A stretch of DNA of 64,000 nt from Lingula anatina. Lineage: Eukaryota > Animalia > Brachiopoda. Positions 11,200 to 24,000 of this stretch are shown here, in pieces. The position numbers and the translations under genes were made by a program. Location: NCBI GenBank assembly GCA_051362555.1, contig JBPQGU010000016.1, forward strand, positions 4,960,001 through 5,024,000, given 5' to 3'. The notes under the pieces were generated by a model that was given only the letters and a program-made list of their open reading frames with translations, was not told the origin of the DNA and did no database searches. Within the stretch, counting starts at the first letter, position 1; the number at the start of each line of letters is the position of its first letter.

Positions 11200-11720
11200 C
11201 CAATCAATGGAGACATAATAATAAAACAGAAATAATTTTACCTGTAACCCTCGCCAATTTTATAGCTGTTATATACGGTAAATCTGAAACCAATTCGTCT
11301 AAAAGACACAGAGTATTACTAGTACATGTAGAAAGCCTTCTTTCGGGAATAAACAATCCCCTTACTTCCATGTCCCAAATAATCCCCAACCATTCCAATT
11401 TGTTGACTGGTTCTAATTTACTTTTTTCAATGTTTAAAACAAAATCTGCTTTAAACAGATCCATTTTAATTTTTTTAGAATGTAGTTTTAAATGTAATAT
11501 ATTTTTCTAGAGAATTTTCAGACACAATACCGTCATCTAAATAAACAACAATGGGGATTCCATTTTTCTCCAATACCCAACTAAACGTCTAAGTATTTTA
11601 CTAAAAATAAACGGTGCTGAAGAAAGGCCAAACGAAAGTACCAAAAAAAAAAAAAAAAAAAAAGAATTCTTTCCGTTGATTTAAAAAAGTTTGAGATGCC
11701 GGAGCAATATCTAAATGGTG
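11200..11720 (-). pseudogene. Reverse transcriptase remnant (DIRS type)
   Basis: YLDDG at ~11530-11544. ORF 11204-11464 reads FVLNIEKSKLEPVNKLEWLGIIWD..IPERRL..LARVTGKIIS. An expanded A-tract at 11643-11663 disrupts it. Confidence 0.9.
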
Positions 11721-11744
11721 AATAAATAAATAAACACAACACTA

Positions 11745-12479
11745 AACTGCAGAATTATCTCAACAAATATTATCTGTGGTCTTGCTCACATTCCCAAAAG
11801 TGATAGTGTAATATGCCTTTGATCCATGCAACCAGATCTCTTGTCCTCCTTGTCTGTTCAGCCTAAAATATAAAATTGCAAGACAGCTATTTAATTCTTA
11901 ATGCATAACTCTATTAAAAAGGAAAATGTCCATGATGGAAAAAACTCATTTATTTTTTCTACCTGAAGATATGGAAAATGGTGCAATAGTTTGTGTTGTT
12001 CTCATGCATATCTACTCACAGTGATTATCTTCTTTCCAAGATTTTTGCCCCATGCCAAATGTCCCACGAATGTTTTATCCCGATTCATTTTTTTTTTCTG
12101 AAATAAGAAAAATTTAGCTAAATATATAGAGAGATTTAACAAAAAAAATAGCAAGAATTGCAAGTAAATAATCACATACATGTAGATACATTTCACATAC
12201 TAAATTTGCTTTCTAATTATTAAAGTAAGACCTAAACAGCACTTTGTACTTAAGTGTGCAACAAGGGCATCTTTGACCACTTCTGTTGCACTGATTCCTT
12301 TTTTTTTTTCAGGAAATCCATAGCCCTGACAAACCCTTCCTTCTCCATTACAGAGCTACTCAGCTTGGTTTCTTTCTTCCTTACAACTTCTGCTTCCAAC
12401 ACATCCCCTGTTTCATAGTCAACAATAATGCTCGCGCAATATTGTGCACTATGTCCTGGGCTGTCCATTCTGCCATCAA
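11745..12479 (-). pseudogene. Intron-containing DDE transposase pseudogene, Kolobok-like
   Basis: Exon 12479-12250 reads DGRMDSPGHSAQYC..MEKEGF..EVVKDA. Exon 12097-12020 reads IKHSWDIWHGAK/NLGKKI. The exon from 11862 reads DLVAWIKGILHYHFWEC. Acceptors are TTCATAG, TTTCAG and TTTTAG; donors are GTACAA and GTGAGT. Frameshifts are present. Confidence 0.78.
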
Positions 12480-12689
12480 CTATGAATAAATGGGATATAT
12501 CGAAACACGGACATCATAAGTATGTGGTGCGACAATTCCTAAAACAACACTTAGTGGGATTTAGGACACATTCCTATAGACACCACAGGTCTACATTGAT
12601 CGGCCAGACTTGGCATGGATTTTCACTGCTATCGGCTGAATAGGTAACCCCCCCCCTCTAAGAAATAAAATTGTTCATGTTCCTTTTGT

Positions 12690-12691
<2 letters not shown>

Positions 12692-12740
<49 letters not shown>
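12692..12740. repeat. (AT)24 microsatellite
   Basis: Read directly from the sequence. Confidence 0.97.
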
Positions 12741-12744
<4 letters not shown>

Positions 12745-13574
12745 CCAAAGGAATAGAGGGTAATAAGTCATACTCAAATTATATTTTAGGATGCCAACCC
12801 ATGTTATTTTCATATTACTCCTTCTCAAAGTGTGTCTTGCCTTTAAATGTAAAGCTATTGTTACCCATGTTGAAGGCTTGTCGCGCCATCTACAGGAGAT
12901 AATTGCAGTACGCGGTAGACGCACACGCTGTTAGGCACGTGATCTTTAACGAGCACACCCTAATGCTAATTGTGTGTGAATTTGGTGACATTTGATGGCA
13001 CCTTTTCAATTTTATAGACATTTCTTTACATCTGTAGAAGTAACAGTGAAACAGTCGATTTGAGGGGGTACCTCTTATAAATTTTACTAAATGGTATAAA
13101 ATATGTATATTTTCACCACTATTTTGTATTTTTTTAACCATTAATCATGTTAGACACGGTATCCGTGATAAAAAGCACTATTTCAAACAGTTCACAGCTG
13201 TGAGGCGTATCATTTGTAAATAAAAGTACATGGAAATGGGGGTGGGACAACCTTTTTGACCAATGCTGTATATACATGTACCTGTATATAAATATGTTTG
13301 ATAAGATCTATTGGAGATATTTAAGCACATTTAAAAGACACTCACTCAGAAACAGAGTTTTCAATATCGCTTGATTTGGGATCAGGAATGGACTTAGCAG
13401 TGGTCCTCACCCTCGCCTGAACAAAGAAGCTCAAACAAATCAAGAACAAATCAATATCCGAATAACGACGGTGATATGGCCCTGCTGGCGCATATTAATT
13501 TCGTGATCTGTAAACACAGGGAATCAGCAGTTGTAAACATTCTCTTATAGTATATTTTGAACAAGCTGTCTGTA

Positions 13575-13648
13575 CAGGGAGGGGGGGGGGGGGCGGGGTC
13601 GGCCCGCCCCCTTAAAATATTCCTGGATCCGCCCCTGGATCCGCCACA
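13575..13648 (-). mobile_element. MITE-like fragment related to 3685-3957
   Basis: The reverse complement gives CAGGGGCGGATCCAGGAATATTTTAAGGGGGCGG, matching the start at 3685. GGATCCGCC is tandemly duplicated. Confidence 0.55.
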
Positions 13649-15031
13649 TTGTACCTTGTATCTGTATCTTAAAAAAAAACTGCTGGTATATGATAGATGG
13701 GAAGAGGGAGCGCATGGGAAATGACGGTGTAGGCCGGATCTAAAGCCTTCCACAGTTTCAGCAGTAACTTGTTGGTCACTTCGTTCATTCCACTCGGAGA
13801 CTGTTCTGGTAAAGAAAGAGTTTCAAACTGGTGTGTCGCAGTGTGATTCTTGCACTTAGAGTTTGTTTTAAATCCTAATATTAGTACATAAATGTAATTT
13901 ATTCTAAAATGTGAGGCCTAATAATAAGGAGCTACCGGCAAATTTCTTCAACAATCAGTTTCTTTTTCAAACTGATTGTTTGACACATCATGATAACAAC
14001 GGAAACCACCAAACTTCAATTAAGATAATTAATTGTATTTATGTAGCAAATGGTTTGTTTTAGTGGTGGTATTAACTTTTTGGTAATACATCAACGTTTT
14101 GTTTATAGGAAATTAGTCTGGTTAGTTAGTAGTAGGTAGTAGGATGGTAGTTTGGGTCTTGTGTCTGCACATTTTTACCTCTAGTAGTTGACCAAGGCAA
14201 GGTGATAACAGATGTCCCGGGTTAAGGAATTTCTTAGCTGCTGTGTATCTAGGCACACACATTTGCACCCCCACCTTTAATAATTACATATTTCTTTTTA
14301 GTTACCCGCACGAAAATGCAGTAGTATCGAAGTAGCAAAGCGGCGGGAGCATATTTGCAGAATAGCCTACTGCAATTCTACTCCAAAAAGTACATAGGTT
14401 TGTACAGAGAGGAGCATAAATGCATAATTTTTTTAATTCCCATGACAAAACACCCCGGTGACTCCCTTCGCCACATAAGTTTTCATGTAATTATTAAACA
14501 GAGCAAAAAATCTCCCTATTTCTGTAGAATTATAAATTTTATGAAAGATGTTTTTGGGACTAATTCTATCGAGCTGCATTCAGTGAGAAGTCATTCAGCT
14601 TTGTAGCTCCGGAGATATTGACGGCCGCACTAAAAAATTCCTGCAAAACTGCATGAACAGAATATTTTGGTGAAACATTTCCTATTCTCATAGACAGCAG
14701 ACTCACTGACGTAACTCCCAATGCCACAAAACTTAAGTGTCAAAAAGTTACTTTTCATACCGGCAGTACTGTAATTGAACATGTGCATTCTCTTGTTTGT
14801 AAACAAACCACTGCACTGCTCACAGTCGTAAGCTCCCTCCGCCAGATGTCCGAAACTGTACAGTACTGAGCCAGGTCTCGCCCAAAAATAAGAAGCAATT
14901 TAGGCCCCAACCTGGTAGGCTACTTGACACCAAATTAACCACTAGCAACACACAAAAAATTGTCAGGAAAAAAACTGAAAACAATCACTAATTTTTCACG
15001 CAGAACTTCATTCGTGTATAACAGTCCGTGA

Positions 15032-18000
15032 TTGGCCAGGTAGGGATGAAAATTTTTTTTCTTCATTATAGTGTCAGGTAGGTGTGTTCGGTCATTTGTA
15101 GTAAGAATAAAGTGCTGGAAGAGTGGTGGTGTCAACATTAAGGAAGAAATAGAGCAAAAACTCTGTCTCCCCCCCCCTCTCAGATTCTGTTCTCAGAGCT
15201 TATTTTTGGATCATCTTTAAAGCTAGAATTGGGGGCCTTGATGAAGTGACCCGGGCGCGTTTCCACATTTTTTATGAATGACAGGTGTGGTAGATTGATT
15301 TTCGTCACTTTTTGGAAAAATCGGAGACGGGTCTATTTTTGGTGATTTTGAGTGATTTTGAACAGTGCCGGCACTGTGAGAGTTCTTCAATTTTGGCCAG
15401 GTAGGGATGAAAATTTTTTTTCTTCATTATAGTGTCAGGTAGGTGTGTTCGGTCATTTGTAGTAAGAATAAAGTGCTGGAAGAGTGGTGGTGTCAACATT
15501 AAGGAAGAAATAGAGCAAAAACTCTGTCTCCCCCCCCCCTCTCAGATTCTGTTCTCAGAGCTTATTTTTGGATCATCTTTAAAGCTAGAATTGGGGGCCT
15601 TGATGAAGTGACCCGGGCGCGTTTCCACATTTTTTATGAATGACAGGTGTGGTAGATTGATTTTCGTCACTTTTTGGAAAAATCGGAGACGGGTCGATTT
15701 TTGGTGATTTTGAGTGATTTTGAACAGTGCCGGCACTGTGAGATTTCTTCAATTTTGGCCAGGTAGGGATGAAAATTTTTTTTCTTCATTATAGTGTCAG
15801 GTAGGTGTGTTCGGTCATTTGTAGTAAGAATAAAGTGCTGGAAGAGTGGTGGTGTCAACATTAAGGAAGAAATAGAGCAAAAACTCTGTCTCCCCCCCCC
15901 CCTCTCAGATTCTGTTCTCAGAGCTTATTTTTGGATCATCTTTAAAGCTAGAATTGGGGGCCTTGATGAAGTGACCCGGGCGCGTTTCCACATTTTTTAT
16001 GAATGACAGGTGTGGTAGATTGATTTTCGTCACTTTTTGGAAAAATCGGAGACGGGTCTATTTTTGGTGATTTTGAGTGATTTTGAACAGTGCCGGCACT
16101 GTGAGAGTTCTTCAATTTTGGCCAGGTAGGGATGAAAATTTTTTTTCTTCATTATAGTGTCAGGTAGGTGTGTTCGGTCATTTGTAGTAAGAATAAAGTG
16201 CTGGAAGAGTGGTGGTGTCAACATTAAGGAAGAAATAGAGCAAAAACTCTGTCTCCCCCCCCCCCTCTCAGATTCTGTTCTCAGAGCTTATTTTTGGATC
16301 ATCTTTAAAGCTAGAATTGGGGGCCTTGATGAAGTGACCCGGGCGCGTTTCCACATTTTTTATGAATGACAGGTGTGGTAGATTGATTTTCGTCACTTTT
16401 TGGAAAAATCGGAGACGGGTGAAATTTTTGGTGATTTTGAGTGATTTTGAACAGTGCCGGCACTGTGAGATTTCTTCAATTTTGGCCAGGTAGGGATGAA
16501 AATTTTTTTTCTTCATTATAGTGTCAGGTAGGTGTGTTCGGTCATTTGTAGTAAGAATAAAGTGCTGGAAGAGTGGTGGTGTCAACATTAAGGAAGAAAT
16601 AGAGCAAAAACTCTGTCTCCCCCCCCCCCTCTCAGATTCTGTTCTCAGAGCTTATTTTTGGATCATCTTTAAAGCTAGAATTGGGGGCCTTGATGAAGTG
16701 ACCCGGGCGCGTTTCCACATTTTTTATGAATGACAGGTGTGGTAGATTGATTTTCGTCACTTTTTGGAAAAATCGGAGACGGGTCGATTTTTGGTGATTT
16801 TGAGTGATTTTGAACAGTGCCGGCACTGTGAGATTTCTTCAATTTTGGCCAGGTAGGGATGAAAATTTTTTTTCTTCATTATAGTGTCAGGTAGGTGTGT
16901 TCGGTCATTTGTAGTAAGAATAAAGTGCTGGAAGAGTGGTGGTGTCAACATTAAGGAAGAAATAGAGCAAAAACTCTGTCTCCCCCCCCCCTCTCAGATT
17001 CTGTTCTCAGAGCTTATTTTTGGATCATCTTTAAAGCTAGAATTGGGGGCCTTGATGAAGTGACCCGGGCGCGTTTCCACATTTTTTATGAATGACAGGT
17101 GTGGTAGATTGATTTTCGTCACTTTTTGGAAAAATCGGAGACGGGTCGATTTTTGGTGATTTTGAGTGATTTTGAACAGTGCCGGCACTGTGAGATTTCT
17201 TCAATTTTGGCCAGGTAGGGATGAAAATTTTTTTTCTTCATTATAGTGTCAGGTAGGTGTGTTCGGTCATTTGTAGTAAGAATAAAGTGCTGGAAGAGTG
17301 GTGGTGTCAACATTAAGGAAGAAATAGAGCAAAAACTCTGTCTCCCCCCCCCCTCTCAGATTCTGTTCTCAGAGCTTATTTTTGGATCATCTTTAAAGCT
17401 AGAATTGGGGGCCTTGATGAAGTGACCCGGGCGCGTTTCCACATTTTTTATGAATGACAGGTGTGGTAGATTGATTTTCGTCACTTTTTGGAAAAATCGG
17501 AGACGGGTCGATTTTTGGTGATTTTGAGTGATTTTGAACAGTGCCGGCACTGTGAGATTTCTTCAATTTTGGCCAGGTAGGGATGAAAATTTTTTTTCTT
17601 CATTATAGTGTCAGGTAGGTGTGTTCGGTCATTTGTAGTAAGAATAAAGTGCTGGAAGAGTGGTGGTGTCAACATTAAGGAAGAAATGGAGCAAAAACTC
17701 TGTCTCCCCCCCCCCCTCTCAGATTCTGTTCTCAGAGCTTATTTTTGGATCATCTTTAAAGCTAGAATTGGGGGCCTTGATGAAGTGACCCGGGCGCGTT
17801 TCCACATTTTTTATGAATGACAGGTGTGGTAGATTGATTTTCGTCACTTTTTGGAAAAATCGGAGACGGGTCGATTTTTGGTGATTTTGAGTGATTTTGA
17901 ACAGTGCCGGCACTGTGAGATTTCTTCAATTTTGGCCAGGTAGGGATGAAAATTTTTTTTCTTCATTATAGTGTCAGGTAGGTGTGTTCGGTCATTTGTA

Positions 18001-21000
18001 GTAAGAATAAAGTGCTGGAAGAGTGGTGGTGTCAACATTAAGGAAGAAATAGAGCAAAAACTCTGTCTCCCCCCCCCCCTCTCAGATTCTGTTCTCAGAG
18101 CTTATTTTTGGATCATCTTTAAAGCTAGAATTGGGGGCCTTGATGAAGTGACCCGGGCGCGTTTCCACATTTTTTATGAATGACAGGTGTGGTAGATTGA
18201 TTTTCGTCACTTTTTGGAAAAATCGGAGACGGGTCGATTTTTGGTGATTTTGAGTGATTTTGAACAGTGCCGGCACTGTGAGATTTCTTCAATTTTGGCC
18301 AGGTAGGGATGAAAATTTTTTTTCTTCATTATAGTGTCAGGTAGGTGTGTTCGGTCATTTGTAGTAAGAATAAAGTGCTGGAAGAGTGGTGGTGTCAACA
18401 TTAAGGAAGAAATAGAGCAAAAACTCTGTCTCCCCCCCCCCTCTCAGATTCTGTTCTCAGAGCTTATTTTTGGATCATCTTTAAAGCTAGAATTGGGGGC
18501 CTTGATGAAGTGACCCGGGCGCGTTTCCACATTTTTTATGAATGACAGGTGTGGTAGATTGATTTTCGTCACTTTTTGGAAAAATCGGAGACGGGTCGAT
18601 TTTTGGTGATTTTGAGTGATTTTGAACAGTGCCGGCACTGTGAGATTTCTTCAATTTTGGCCAGGTAGGGATGAAAATTTTTTTTCTTCATTATAGTGTC
18701 AGGTAGGTGTGTTCGGTCATTTGTAGTAAGAATAAAGTGCTGGAAGAGTGGTGGTGTCAACATTAAGGAAGAAATAGAGCAAAAACTCTGTCTCCCCCCC
18801 CCCCCTCTCAGATTCTGTTCTCAGAGCTTATTTTTGGATCATCTTTAAAGCTAGAATTGGGGGCCTTGATGAAGTGACCCGGGCGCGTTTCCACATTTTT
18901 TATGAATGACAGGTGTGGTAGATTGATTTTCGTCACTTTTTGGAAAAATCGGAGACGGGTCGATTTTTGGTGATTTTGAGTGATTTTGAACAGTGCCGGC
19001 ACTGTGAGATTTCTTCAATTTTGGCCAGGTAGGGATGAAAATTTTTTTTCTTCATTATAGTGTCAGGTAGGTGTGTTCGGTCATTTGTAGTAAGAATAAA
19101 GTGCTGGAAGAGTGGTGGTGTCAACATTAAGGAAGAAATAGAGCAAAAACTCTGTCTCCCCCCCCCCCCTCTCAGATTCTGTTCTCAGAGCTTATTTTTG
19201 GATCATCTTTAAAGCTAGAATTGGGGGCCTTGATGAAGTGACCCGGGCGCGTTTCCACATTTTTTATGAATGACAGGTGTGGTAGATTGATTTTCGTCAC
19301 TTTTTGGAAAAATCGGAGACGGGTCTATTTTTGGTGATTTTCAGTGATTTTGAACAGTGCCGGCACTGTGAGAGTTCTTCAATTTTGGCCAGGTAGGGAT
19401 GAAAATTTTTTTTCTTCATTATAGTGTCAGGTAGGTGTGTTCGGTCATTTGTAGTAAGAATAAAGTGCTGGAAGAGTGGTGGTGTCAACATTAAGGAAGA
19501 AATAGAGCAAAAACTCTGTCTCCCCCCCCCCCCTCTCAGATTCTGTTCTCAGAGCTTATTTTTGGATCATCTTTAAAGCTAGAATTGGGGGCCTTGATGA
19601 AGTGACCCGGGCGCGTTTCCACATTTTTTATGAATGACAGGTGTGGTAGATTGATTTTCGTCACTTTTTGGAAAAATCGGAGACGGGTCTATTTTTGGTG
19701 ATTTTGAGTGATTTTGAACAGTGCCGGCACTGTGAGAGTTCTTCAATTTTGGCCAGGTAGGGATGAAAATTTTTTTTCTTCATTATAGTGTCAGGTAGGT
19801 GTGTTCGGTCATTTGTAGTAAGAATAAAGTGCTGGAAGAGTGGTGGTGTCAACATGAAGGAAGAAATAGAGCAAAAACTCTGTCTCCCCCCCCCCCTCTC
19901 AGATTCTGTTCTCAGAGCTTATTTTTGGATCATCTTTAAAGCTAGAATTGGGGGCCTTGATGAAGTGACCCGGGCGCGTTTCCACATTTTTTATGAATGA
20001 CAGGTGTGGTAGATTGATTTTCGTCACTTTTTGGAAAAATCGGAGACGGGTCGATTTTTGGTGATTTTGAGTGATTTTGAACAGTGCCGGCACTGTGAGA
20101 TTTCTTCAATTTTGGCCAGGTAGGGATGAAAATTTTTTTTCTTCATTATAGTGTCAGGTAGGTGTATTCGGTCATTTGTAGTAAGAATAAAGTGCTGGAA
20201 GAGTGGTGGTGTCAACATTAAGGAAGAAATAGAGCAAAAACTCTGTCTCCCCCCCCCCTCTCAGATTCTGTTCTCAGAGCTTATTTTTGGATCATCTTTA
20301 AAGCTAGAATTGGGGGCCTTGATGAAGTGACCCGGGCGCGTTTCCACATTTTTTATGAATGACAGGTGTGGTAGATTGATTTTCGTCACTTTTTGGAAAA
20401 ATCGGAGACGGGTCTATTTTTGGTGATTTTGAGTGATTTTGAACAGTGCCGGCACTGTGAGAGTTCTTCAATTTTGGCCAAGTAGGGATGAAAATTTTTT
20501 TTCTTCATTATAGTGTCAGGTAGGTGTGTTCGGTCATTTGTAGTAAGAATAAAGTGCTGGAAGAGTGGTGGTGTCAACATTAAGGAAGAAATAGAGCAAA
20601 AACTCTGTCTCCCCCCCCCCTCTCAGATTCTGTTCTCAGAGCTTATTTTTGGATCATCTTTAAAGCTAGAATTGGGGGCCTTGATGAAGTGACCCGGGCG
20701 CGTTTCCACATTTTTTATGAATGACAGGTGTGGTAGATTGATTTTCGTCACTTTTTGGAAAAATCGGAGACGGGTCGATTTTTGGTGATTTTGAGTGATT
20801 TTGAACAGTGCCGGCACTGTGAGATTTCTTCAATTTTGGCCAGGTAGGGATGAAAATTTTTTTTCTTCATTATAGTGTCAGGTAGGTGTGTTCGGTCATT
20901 TGTAGTAAGAATAAAGTGCTGGAAGAGTGGTGGTGTCAACATTAAGGAAGAAATAGAGCAAAAACTCTGTCTCCCCCCCCCTCTCAGATTCTGTTCTCAG

Positions 21001-24000
21001 AGCTTATTTTTGGATCATCTTTAAAGCTAGAATTGGGGGCCTTGATGAAGTGACCCGGGCGCGTTTCCACATTTTTTATGAATGACAGGTGTGGTAGATT
21101 GATTTTCGTCACTTTTTGGAAAAATCGGAGACGGGTCGATTTTTGGTGATTTTGAGTGATTTTGAACAGTGCCGGCACTGTGAGATTTCTTCAATTTTGG
21201 CCAGGTAGGGATGAAAATTTTTTTTCTTCATTATAGTGTCAGGTAGGTGTGTTCGGTCATTTGTAGTAAGAATAAAGTGCTGGAAGAGTGGTGGTGTCAA
21301 CATTAAGGAAGAAATAGAGCAAAAACTCTGTCTCCCCCCCCCTCTCAGATTCTGTTCTCAGAGCTTATTTTTGGATCATCTTTAAAGCTAGAATTGGGGG
21401 CCTTGATGAAGTGACCCGGGCGCGTTTCCACATTTTTTATGAATGACAGGTGTGGTAGATTGATTTTCGTCACTTTTTGGAAAAATCGGAGACGGGTCGA
21501 TTTTTGGTGATTTTGAGTGATTTTGAACAGTGCCGGCACTGTGAGATTTCTTCAATTTTGGCCAGGTAGGGATGAAAATTTTTTTTCTTCATTATAGTGT
21601 CAGGTAGGTGTGTTCGGTCATTTGTAGTAAGAATAAAGTGCTGGAAGAGTGGTGGTGTCAACATTAAGGAAGAAATAGAGCAAAAACTCTGTCTCCCCCC
21701 CCCCTCTCAGATTCTGTTCTCAGAGCTTATTTTTGGATCATCTTTAAAGCTAGAATTGGGGGCCTTGATGAAGTGACCCGGGCGCGTTTCCACATTTTTT
21801 ATGAATGACAGGTGTGGTAGATTGATTTTCGTCACTTTTTGGAAAAATCGGAGACGGGTCGATTTTTGGTGATTTTGAGTGATTTTGAACAGTGCCGGCA
21901 CTGTGAGATTTCTTCAATTTTGGCCAGGTAGGGATGAAAATTTTTTTTCTTCATTATAGTGTCAGGTAGGTGTGTTCGGTCATTTGTAGTAAGAATAAAG
22001 TGCTGGAAGAGTGGTGGTGTCAACATTAAGGAAGAAATAGAGCAAAAACTCTGTCTCCCCCCCCCCTCTCAGATTCTGTTCTCAGAGCTTATTTTTGGAT
22101 CATCTTTAAAGCTAGAATTGGGGGCCTTGATGAAGTGACCCGGGCGCGTTTCCACATTTTTTATGAATGACAGGTGTGGTAGATTGATTTTCGTCACTTT
22201 TTGGAAAAATCGGAGACGGGTCGATTTTTGGTGATTTTGAGTGATTTTGAACAGTGCCGGCACTGTGAGATTTCTTCAATTTTGGCCAGGTAGGGATGAA
22301 AATTTTTTTTCTTCATTATAGTGTCAGGTAGGTGTGTTCGGTCATTTGTAGTAAGAATAAAGTGCTGGAAGAGTGGTGGTGTCAACATTAAGGAAGAAAT
22401 AGAGCAAAAACTCTGTCTCCCCCCCCCCTCTCAGATTCTGTTCTCAGAGCTTATTTTTGGATCATCTTTAAAGCTAGAATTGGGGGCCTTGATGAAGTGA
22501 CCCGGGCGCGTTTCCACATTTTTTATGAATGACAGGTGTGGTAGATTGATTTTCGTCACTTTTTGGAAAAATCGGAGACGGGTCGATTTTTGGTGATTTT
22601 GAGTGATTTTGAACAGTGCCGGCACTGTGAGATTTCTTCAATTTTGGCCAGGTAGGGATGAAAATTTTTTTTCTTCATTATAGTGTCAGGTAGGTGTGTT
22701 CGGTCATTTGTAGTAAGAATAAAGTGCTGGAAGAGTGGTGGTGTCAACATTAAGGAAGAAATAGAGCAAAAACTCTGTCTCCCCCCCCCCTCTCAGATTC
22801 TGTTCTCAGAGCTTATTTTTGGATCATCTTTAAAGCTAGAATTGGGGGCCTTGATGAAGTGACCCGGGCGCGTTTCCACATTTTTTATGAATGACAGGTG
22901 TGGTAGATTGATTTTCGTCACTTTTTGGAAAAATCGGAGACGGGTCTATTTTTGGTGATTTTGAGTGATTTTGAACAGTGCCGGCACTGTGAGAGTTCTT
23001 CAATTTTGGCCAGGTAGGGATGAAAATTTTTTTTCTTCATTATAGTGTCAGGTAGGTGTGTTCGGTCATTTGTAGTAAGAATAAAGTGCTGGAAGAGTGG
23101 TGGTGTCAACATTAAGGAAGAAATAGAGCAAAAACTCTGTCTCCCCCCCCCCTCTCAGATTCTGTTCTCAGAGCTTATTTTTGGATCATCTTTAAAGCTA
23201 GAATTGGGGGCCTTGATGAAGTGACCCGGGCGCGTTTCCACATTTTTTATGAATGACAGGTGTGGTAGATTGATTTTCGTCACTTTTTGGAAAAATCGGA
23301 GACGGGTCGATTTTTGGTGATTTTGAGTGATTTTGAACAGTGCCGGCACTGTGAGATTTCTTCAATTTTGGCCAGGTAGGGATGAAAATTTTTTTTCTTC
23401 ATTATAGTGTCAGGTAGGTGTGTTCGGTCATTTGTAGTAAGAATAAAGTGCTGGAAGAGTGGTGGTGTCAACATTAAGGAAGAAATAGAGCAAAAACTCT
23501 GTCTCCCCCCCCCCTCTCAGATTCTGTTCTCAGAGCTTATTTTTGGATCATCTTTAAAGCTAGAATTGGGGGCCTTGATGAAGTGACCCGGGCGCGTTTC
23601 CACATTTTTTATGAATGACAGGTGTGGTAGATTGATTTTCGTCACTTTTTGGAAAAATCGGAGACGGGTCGATTTTTGGTGATTTTGAGTGATTTTGAAC
23701 AGTGCCGGCACTGTGAGATTTCTTCAATTTTGGCCAGGTAGGGATGAAAATTTTTTTTCTTCATTATAGTGTCAGGTAGGTGTGTTCGGTCATTTGTAGT
23801 AAGAATAAAGTGCTGGAAGAGTGGTGGTGTCAACATTAAGGAAGAAATAGAGCAAAAACTCTGTCTCCCCCCCCCCTCTCAGATTCTGTTCTCAGAGCTT
23901 ATTTTTGGATCATCTTTAAAGCTAGAATTGGGGGCCTTGATGAAGTGACCCGGGCGCGTTTCCACATTTTTTATGAATGACAGGTGTGGTAGATTGATTT

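Larger units (their letters stand above)
9841..11720 (-). mobile_element. Decayed, 5'-truncated DIRS-order retrotransposon, copy 2
   Basis: The minus strand reads RT (HHLDI, LSFGLSSAPFIF, VVYLDDG), the RNase H start (VYSDA, ~11020) and YR through to its stop at 9841. It is diverged from copy 1. Confidence 0.9.

Noticed and set aside
12658-12924. ORF with a YIYIYI run
   Set aside because: It is a product of the (AT)n microsatellite.
13410-13421. CCCTCGCCTGAA shared with 4004-4015
   Set aside because: It is an isolated 12-mer with no extension, so chance cannot be excluded.
15230-15345. Hammerhead ribozyme, CENP-B box or tRNA/5S gene in the monomer
   Set aside because: I found no CTGANGA...GAAA core on either strand (only TTGATGA). 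TTCG and CGGG are not at CENP-B box spacing, and there are no convincing A/B boxes or cloverleaf.
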